This document shows positions 57,065 through 64,000 of a stretch of DNA of 64,000 nucleotides, piece after piece (position 1 is the stretch's first letter; each line of letters begins with the position of its first letter). Origin of the DNA: Monocercomonoides exilis PA203. Lineage: Eukaryota; Protista; Preaxostyla. Under the pieces are notes generated by a model. That model was not told where the DNA came from, ran no database searches, and saw nothing but the letters and a program-made list of their open reading frames with translations. The stretch spans positions 1,116,001 to 1,180,000 of the forward strand of contig LSRY02000015.1 of assembly GCA_001643675.2 (NCBI GenBank), in the 5' to 3' direction. The position numbers and the translations under genes are program-made.

Positions 57065-60000
57065 TCAGTTAAAACAACCGCTTCTTGATCGAATGAATTC
57101 AGTTCCTCCTTCCTTAAAAATAATTGAGCCATCAACAGAATCGATTCGAAAAGATAGTGAAGTCGATAATTTGGCATTTGAGGCTTGTTGAGAAGCAGCT
57201 TTCCAATCGAAAGGTTTGATAGCCCCATTTCTAAGGCGCTTTTTCTTAAACACAAACGGGGGAAGCAAAGATAGATGATAAAGTGCATCATTTTTATTGA
57301 GTTGCTTCATATCTAATTTACCAGAAGAAGGGTTAACATCAATTGAAGATACAGTAAGATTTGAACTAATATCATCAATAGGGCTGGACTTAGAAACTTG
57401 ATCTTTCTTTTGGCCTTCATTTAATTGTTTTTGAACCAATGATAATGAAGGTGATATGCTTGAAGAAAAAGGTTCTGCTATTTCAGGGGTTGACATGGAG
57501 CACATGAGTGAATATTTACTCATGTGAAGAGCATTTGAACATTTTTCATATGCACCAGTATCAACAAGATGAGGAACATGTTCAATTTTCAACGAATTCC
57601 AACCTCTGCATTTCATCGCATCCAACAAAGATGATAAAACATATCGAAGCTTCTGAACTATCCACTCTCTTCTTATTCTCATTTCCTCTAATATACCTTC
57701 GTTCCTACTTCTGCAAAGTATGTCGTTCTCGTTCTCTTGACTGATGAAATCTGGATCATCGCTCTTCTCATGTTTGTGCTGGTGATGGCGCGACAGATGC
57801 ATTCCGCCTCCCCTTTCCATGTTGTTCAGTTCTCGAAATCTGTTCCGCCTAATTCCATCTTGCCCAGTTGCATACAATATGCCAATGCCTGCAAAATATT
57901 CCACCTCTTCCAAGGGATACACACTTCCCCCATCTGATACAAGGCGAGATGTCAAACTCTCTTTCTCATTCTTCTCCTTCCAGTTTTCGCCAGATGCTGG
58001 CTTTGTCCCATTCCACCAGCACCCTCCTGTGGCACCGATACTTCTACATCCTCTTTTTGTATCATGCGAACTCAACACATCACCCACGCTACTCAGAAGC
58101 ATCAGCGTGCTCATCTCAATAACTGTCCCACTTTCAATTGCGTTCTTCAAAATGTCTTTTCCTCTGAATTCCCCAATCATGTTGCCCAACTCCTCGCTTC
58201 GTCTTGCTTGCCGCCTGGTGCTGCGTTGCGAGAACACAGTGTATCCTTCATCCGCCGTTCGCCCAAAGTGATTCAGCGAAGAAGGAGAAGAAGGAATCAC
58301 AAAAGTGGGACTACCACTCAACGCTGATGGCATCGATGATCCAAATGAGGGAGAAAGCGAAAATGGTGTTGGAGATTTGTGCTGCCCATTATGGCTCGTT
58401 GCCCTTTCTGAAGAAGAATGCTTCATTGAAGACGGTGATGAAATTGCATTGGATGCTCTTGAATCGTTTTCGATAAACACTGACTTTGTCGTCTTTGCCA
58501 TTCGATTACTGTATCCATTCCCATTACGCCTTCCCTGTAGAAGATGTGTTGAGCTCATTGGAATTCCTTGTGTTGATGCTACTGCCCTTCCAACCACAGT
58601 GGGATTACTTTTTCTTTTCTTGCCTCCTTTTCTGCGAGATAATTTTGATGTTCTACGTCTTTTTTTGCCTTTTCGTTTCTTACTTGAATTGTCTTGTCCT
58701 TCTTCACTATCTTTCATAAGCATAACATGAATATCAGATTCCTTGCTGAAATCTGCTGCTTCTTCGACAGCATCAAGCTGGTAAGACTGATCTGGTTCTT
58801 CAGTCTTGTTTGACTCTTTTTGACTTTTCTTGATGTATTGCTTCTTTAAATCTTTTGACTTTTTGAGTGTTGATTTTGAATGAAGCTTCTTTTTCCTCTT
58901 CAACAATTTTGAACTGAGCTTGTCTTCCTCTTTTGTGTTAAGCCTTTCCTTTTTGTGCCCTGTGGCTGATGAATAATTGTTCTGAAGCAAAGAAAGCAAA
59001 GATGCTCCAATATTTCTTTTTCTTGTCACCATCTGAGTAACCGATGCATCATCAGTCGCTTCTGTTGACTGTTTCTGCAAATATGATTTTAACTTCGATC
59101 CATTTCCTTCATGTGAACTTAGCAAAGGTGAAGATTGCAATTTCTTATGCTTCGGTGAGCGAGGCAAATGAGGAGATGACTCCGTTGATTCAGTTGCTGT
59201 GTGCTCAGAAGAGAAAACAGTTGTATTTTCAGCATCTTCGTCTGTCGCAGTGGATGAGCTGTCCTCAGAACTTTTCCCTTCTCCTTGATGTTGATTGCTA
59301 ACATTTGGTGACTGGCTTTTTTCTGTCAAATCGTCAAACATCATTTCATTGCTATCTGATTCGAGAAAGTTGCTTGAGCTATCAGCTTGCTCATCTTTAT
59401 TATCTGCTGATGATTTATCCCTTTTCTTCTTTGTTTTAATGTGACTGTCCTCTTCGTTTCCTTCAGAAGTTGATTCATTTTCATCAAACAAGAACTCATC
59501 CCCTTCACTATCACCATCATCTTCTTTGTTATTGCTCCAGCGTTCTTTCTTGCTATTTGTCCCTGAAATCTCTATCTCATTTGCGCTGCTTCCTCTTCCT
59601 TCTCCAATCCACCCATTGTTTGTATTCCCGATTTCCCCTGCATTTCCTCCTTCTGCTGCAGCAGCTGTCGCCGCAGCAAGAAGAGCAGCACGACGAAGCT
59701 GCTTCTTTCTCGAATTCGTAGTCCACCTTCTGCTTCTCCTCGCTTTCTTCTTTCCTTTTTGTCTGCCTCGAGGTATTTTGCTCGAAGCATTCACAATTCC
59801 ATTCATATCTTGCACAGCTGCATTTGGCACAACTGTTAGTGGCACGTTGTTTTGGGCTTGAATGGAAGCTAAACCAGTTTGTGGAATGATTCCTTCTACC
59901 AAGCTTGTTGCTGTTCCTTTCTTCACTTTTCGCTTCCTAATCTTCTCCACATACTGTGGAGGATCAAAATACACTCTTTTTCTTGATCTTCCCTTTGGCA

Positions 60001-63000
60001 CATATCCGTATTTAGGCTCAAGCACAACATACTCTTCATACTCTTCATCTTCTCTACAGGGTGACAATGAGGGTGATTCAGTTCTAATATGTGTTTGTGT
60101 TGACAACGATGGGGAGGTTGTGAGCGGCGTGGTGCTCATTGAAGAAGGTGTCAATGAAGGAGACAACGAAGGACTCGAAGAATTCGAGTTGGGGTTCCGA
60201 GCCAAAGGAGTGGCCAAAGAATTGGCAGGATGAAATGGAAGCGATGGGGAGCGTGTCAGTGAATAAGAATAGAATTGTTGCTGTTGCTGTTGAGAAGGTG
60301 AGAAAGTGAGTGGCTTTGTGGGTGGTGTAGCTGATGCTGATAGACGTGAAGGAGAAACAGAAGAAGGCTGGCTAATTGGCGACTGATACATCGCAGAGGC
60401 AGACGTTTGAAGAGCGCTGCTTGGAGGCAACGATGTAGTCATAATCAGAGGACGGGTCTGGGAAGATGGTGATGGTGGAAGAGATTGTGGAGAAGAGGTG
60501 TTTGTGAGAATTCCGTGTAGATTTGGTGGCAGTGCATGAAACGCAAAAGAGGATGGAAGCATATTTGAGGCAGATGTTATGAGAGAAGGTGAGTCAGGAG
60601 CGTGTGTTTGTGTGCTTGATGGTAAATGAAGTGCAGTAAGTGGAAGTGAAGCGATTGTTGATGATTGAGGAGTTGTTTGCCCAGTAGAAGATGAAAAAGC
60701 AGAAGAAACATTTGCATTTAAAAGACTCTGTGATTGGCCTGGTTGTTGAATCAATGCGTTCCTCTGGCTGATTTGCTGGTGAAGTTGTTGTCTTTGCAAA
60801 GGTGTCATCGCTCGAAGTAGTTGAGGCTGCAATTGCTGTGTCATAATAGATGACAGATTATTTATTACTGGAAGAGTTTTCAGTGAAGGAGAAGAAGAGG
60901 AAGTGGAAGCAGAGGCAGAAGAAGAAGGATTAACTGCCAATGAACCGATTCCCATTTGAGAAGATGGAGAAGATGGAGAAGATGGCTGAATAGCCATCGA
61001 TGCAGAAGGAGAAGACGGCAGATGCTTGGCAGATGACTGAGGAGATGTTCCAGTTGTTCCAGAAGCAGCTGAAGCTGCTGACACAACCTGCATCTGGTTG
61101 ACTCTCTGCCGAAGGGCAGACGATTGAGCGGGAGAAGTTGCTGTAAATGGCTGCAACGAGCCACGCAACGGCATCAAAGCAGCAGTAGCTGAGGAAGGTA
61201 CAGATGTTGATGAAGGAACGATGGCTGCATAGGCAGAGGAGGGAGAAGGAGGATAAGAAGAAGTGGCAGATGAGGATTGGACTGTATTTGCTTGAGAAGT
61301 GATTTGTGATCTTTCTTGATGTGAAGGAAGCATTTGGTGAATTGGAGAATTCGAAGCATTCAGCTGGCTTTGCATCTCAGTTTTCAAAAACTGCTGATGC
61401 GATGTTTGAGACTGCAACGCAAGAGATGTCTGAAAAGCAAGTGGAACTTGATGAGAAGCGAGCAACTGCTGTCTTTGTTTCTGCTCTTGTTGGAGTTGCA
61501 TGTGCTGTTGGATTTGTAGCTGAAGAATCTTCTGCTGCTGAAGCGAAGAAGTTGAGTGGCTGTTCGGATGAGGAGAAGGGTTTGGATAAGCAGACATCTG
61601 CTCTTTGGCAAGCTGATCATAAGATATTGATTGATGCAATGTACCTGATTGTGAAGGAGATAAAGGAGAAGTTGTTGTTGTTGTAGTTAATGATGATGAT
61701 GATGAAAAGGAGGTGAATGTTGGTGAAAGCAAATGAGAATCAGCAGATGATTGAGGTGATAAAGAAGTCAATGTTCTTGTTGATGATGCTGTGGATAAAG
61801 GAGTTGAAGGATTTGAAGAAGAAGTAGCAGAAATTGAATGTGTGGTTGATGTTGGCGTTGATAAAGGTGTGGTTTTTTGAGCTTGATTTCTCAAAAGCGA
61901 TGCCAAAGAGGAATTTTGAGGCAATTGCAGTGCAATTTGGTTGTCTTTTTGAATGCTATTACTGTTTATATTCAATTTGGAGTCAGAAGGAAGAGCAATC
62001 GAACCAACAGAAGGCGGATGCTCAGGAGAATCAGAATAGACAGATTGAGTATTTTCTTTTGATGCAGTTGAATCTGTTGCGATTGTCTGCTCATTCGTAA
62101 GAGAGCGAAGAGAAGAAGGAGACGACAATGAAGGTGAGTGAGAAGCAGGAAATGGATTAGCATTTGAGCTTCGAGGAGAAAGTGAGGATGAAGTTGCAGA
62201 AGAAGGAGAAGAAAAAGACAACTCCACCATCTGCTTCGCACTGCTTCTTGTTGCTGGCTTCGGCTGTGAAGAATGCGGAGAAGGAGAAACAGAATGTCTC
62301 TGAAGGATAATTCGCTTCGGCACTTCTTTCGTTCTTTGGAGAGCAGTTGGTGACAATTGTTGTGTGCCATGCTGCACAGGCGATAAGCCAGTCAATGAAA
62401 TAGAAGAAGATTGAATTGGAGGCGTGTTGCGAGCACGGAGGATACGGAAGCTCTCTGAAAGAGAGCTGAGATTGGTTGTTGAATTAATGCTGGTTTGAGG
62501 CGATGTTGCTGTTGCTGCTGCTGCTGATGATGATGATGTCAATGCTGTCAATGACTCAGCAATAGGATTTGTGTGTTTGCGGTGCTGATTGACATTTTTA
62601 AGTTGCTTTGAAGAGTTTCGGATAGGAACGTGAGAAACGTTAAGCCTTCTATTGCTTAATGGAGGTGTGGATAGTGTTGATGACAATACTGGCTTTTCAC
62701 GTTTATTTGAAATTATTGTTGAAGAATGTCTAAATGAAGAGGCAGCTGAATGAATGTTGTGCAAAGTTAATGCCGCATTCACTTTCTTATCCAAAAAGTC
62801 CAACAAACAAAGCTGTGATTGCAACACGTTCTGATAGCGATTCAGAGTTGATGTGGAGTTAAATGGATGCAAAACAGTTTTCCCAACAATGAGAGATGAA
62901 TGATTCACAGGAATTAGTGAGTTCAGCAGAACAATCATGTAAGCCGTCAAATTGTGTTGCACAAATGGCAGTGATGAAGCATACTGTCTATTAAATCCGT

Positions 63001-64000
63001 GTGCAGAGGCTAATGAAAATGCAGTTGAGGAAGACGAAGAAGGAGATGATGAAGGAGATGATGAATGATGTTTTCCAGAAATTGTCTGAGGAGCACAAAA
63101 TGCCACGTTTGAACTGGAAAAGGAAGGTTGAGGTGAAAGTGTTGCATTTGTGGCTGAGAAAGGCTGAGGAGACAAAGAAGCAGGAGATGAAGGCGTTGAT
63201 GTTGCTCTTTGAGGAGACGAAAAGGAGTTTGAAGGAGACAAAGAAGCTTTTCTTTTGGACGTAGGCGAAGGTGATGGAGAAGTGGCAGACGGAGAAGCAG
63301 AAAATGGAGCAGAGGAGCCTTTCTTGTTTTGTTCCTTTTGCATGTCTGAGGAAGATGTAGTCGAAGCAGATTGAGATGATGACGATGACGTTGACGAAGT
63401 GCTGGAAGATGTATCGTGCTGAGACAAGTTCGGCAAGTCCATTGAAGAAATAAGCGGAAATGGAAACACATTAGCACGTCCGGTTTGCCTGGAACTGACA
63501 GAAAACGGGAGTTCTTCGATTGCGCGATATGAAGACGGAGATGAAAGTGCACAGTAAGTCGGCGTGGATGCAATGGAAGAAGGAGAAGTCAGCAGGGTTT
63601 TGACTGAAGTGAACGGAGATGGAGACAAAAATGATGGCTGCGAAGGTGAAACATCGTAGTGCTTCTGACTCAAAGAGCGCCTCAAGCGAGTGAAGTGGGT
63701 TGGCTGTGAAGAATGGCCTGGATAAAAATTATCAGAAAGGTTGCCTGCTTTTGACAAGCAAGACTCTTTCAGAAATGATGAATGATACAAATGTGATGTT
63801 TCTGACAAATCGAAGTGGAGTGGTGTGAAGGCGGAAAGTGAAGACAGTGAACGAAGAGAAGCGGAAATGTGTGAAAAGATCAGTTTTTGAGGCAGTTGAG
63901 GATCAGCTTTCCTTTCAGAGGATTCAACAGGCAGGATGAAAGAAGAGGATGTTGGTGTTTGAACAAGGTACCTGAAAGCAGGGGATGAAGTGAACGAAAT
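57065..64000 (-). CDS. Very large Ser/Pro/Gln-rich, probably nuclear protein (partial; frame open to the window end)
   Basis: >2247-aa ORF with no stop up to nt 64000; poly-S/Q tracts; basic NLS-like clusters; AT-hook-like PRGR and PKGR motifs. Confidence 0.7.
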   Translation of the reverse strand: MSFTSSPAFRYLVQTPTSSSFILPVESSERKADPQLPQKLIFSHISASLRSLSSLSAFTPLHFDLSETSHLYHSSFLKESCLSKAGNLSDNFYPGHSSQPTHFTRLRRSLSQKHYDVSPSQPSFLSPSPFTSVKTLLTSPSSIASTPTYCALSSPSSYRAIEELPFSVSSRQTGRANVFPFPLISSMDLPNLSQHDTSSSTSSTSSSSSQSASTTSSSDMQKEQNKKGSSAPFSASPSATSPSPSPTSKRKASLSPSNSFSSPQRATSTPSSPASLSPQPFSATNATLSPQPSFSSSNVAFCAPQTISGKHHSSSPSSSPSSSSSTAFSLASAHGFNRQYASSLPFVQHNLTAYMIVLLNSLIPVNHSSLIVGKTVLHPFNSTSTLNRYQNVLQSQLCLLDFLDKKVNAALTLHNIHSAASSFRHSSTIISNKREKPVLSSTLSTPPLSNRRLNVSHVPIRNSSKQLKNVNQHRKHTNPIAESLTALTSSSSAAAATATSPQTSINSTTNLSSLSESFRILRARNTPPIQSSSISLTGLSPVQHGTQQLSPTALQRTKEVPKRIILQRHSVSPSPHSSQPKPATRSSAKQMVELSFSSPSSATSSSLSPRSSNANPFPASHSPSLSSPSSLRSLTNEQTIATDSTASKENTQSVYSDSPEHPPSVGSIALPSDSKLNINSNSIQKDNQIALQLPQNSSLASLLRNQAQKTTPLSTPTSTTHSISATSSSNPSTPLSTASSTRTLTSLSPQSSADSHLLSPTFTSFSSSSSLTTTTTTSPLSPSQSGTLHQSISYDQLAKEQMSAYPNPSPHPNSHSTSSLQQQKILQLQIQQHMQLQQEQKQRQQLLASHQVPLAFQTSLALQSQTSHQQFLKTEMQSQLNASNSPIHQMLPSHQERSQITSQANTVQSSSATSSYPPSPSSAYAAIVPSSTSVPSSATAALMPLRGSLQPFTATSPAQSSALRQRVNQMQVVSAASAASGTTGTSPQSSAKHLPSSPSASMAIQPSSPSSPSSQMGIGSLAVNPSSSASASTSSSSPSLKTLPVINNLSSIMTQQLQPQLLRAMTPLQRQQLHQQISQRNALIQQPGQSQSLLNANVSSAFSSSTGQTTPQSSTIASLPLTALHLPSSTQTHAPDSPSLITSASNMLPSSFAFHALPPNLHGILTNTSSPQSLPPSPSSQTRPLIMTTSLPPSSALQTSASAMYQSPISQPSSVSPSRLSASATPPTKPLTFSPSQQQQQQFYSYSLTRSPSLPFHPANSLATPLARNPNSNSSSPSLSPSLTPSSMSTTPLTTSPSLSTQTHIRTESPSLSPCREDEEYEEYVVLEPKYGYVPKGRSRKRVYFDPPQYVEKIRKRKVKKGTATSLVEGIIPQTGLASIQAQNNVPLTVVPNAAVQDMNGIVNASSKIPRGRQKGKKKARRSRRWTTNSRKKQLRRAALLAAATAAAAEGGNAGEIGNTNNGWIGEGRGSSANEIEISGTNSKKERWSNNKEDDGDSEGDEFLFDENESTSEGNEEDSHIKTKKKRDKSSADNKDEQADSSSNFLESDSNEMMFDDLTEKSQSPNVSNQHQGEGKSSEDSSSTATDEDAENTTVFSSEHTATESTESSPHLPRSPKHKKLQSSPLLSSHEGNGSKLKSYLQKQSTEATDDASVTQMVTRKRNIGASLLSLLQNNYSSATGHKKERLNTKEEDKLSSKLLKRKKKLHSKSTLKKSKDLKKQYIKKSQKESNKTEEPDQSYQLDAVEEAADFSKESDIHVMLMKDSEEGQDNSSKKRKGKKRRRTSKLSRRKGGKKRKSNPTVVGRAVASTQGIPMSSTHLLQGRRNGNGYSNRMAKTTKSVFIENDSRASNAISSPSSMKHSSSERATSHNGQHKSPTPFSLSPSFGSSMPSALSGSPTFVIPSSPSSLNHFGRTADEGYTVFSQRSTRRQARRSEELGNMIGEFRGKDILKNAIESGTVIEMSTLMLLSSVGDVLSSHDTKRGCRSIGATGGCWWNGTKPASGENWKEKNEKESLTSRLVSDGGSVYPLEEVEYFAGIGILYATGQDGIRRNRFRELNNMERGGGMHLSRHHQHKHEKSDDPDFISQENENDILCRSRNEGILEEMRIRREWIVQKLRYVLSSLLDAMKCRGWNSLKIEHVPHLVDTGAYEKCSNALHMSKYSLMCSMSTPEIAEPFSSSISPSLSLVQKQLNEGQKKDQVSKSSPIDDISSNLTVSSIDVNPSSGKLDMKQLNKNDALYHLSLLPPFVFKKKRLRNGAIKPFDWKAASQQASNAKLSTSLSFRIDSVDGSIIFKEGGTEFIRSRSGCFN

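Overview
Gene-dense, intron-containing eukaryotic DNA with the standard genetic code and very AT-rich spacers. The lineage-specific families (giant GGA[I/V]/Cys-repeat receptor pseudokinase; 'ELxxCxxxEQKQKI...NLTRLAYQS' family) suggest an oxymonad such as Monocercomonoides; this is inference. Genes in order: partial coiled-coil protein, Pho80/PCL-type cyclin, coilin-N-domain protein, P5B-ATPase, 8-exon RPN10, hypothetical protein, signal-peptide Hsp90 lacking KDEL, ~2800-aa type-I surface protein, a pseudogene, pyruvate kinase, a 6-exon V8/glutamyl-endopeptidase-like serine protease, a divergent SCAR/WAVE, a 4118-aa receptor pseudokinase and a partial Ser-rich protein. The most striking unexplained signal is in the spacers: several mutually unrelated, long, rod-like fold-backs (about 175 nt to 1 kb) built of short perfect helices held in almost constant register. 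One is a GC-rich, G-U-rich candidate ncRNA. Predicted splice sites are also atypical (mostly +4 T donors, many AAG acceptors). All exon models and pairings were derived by hand.
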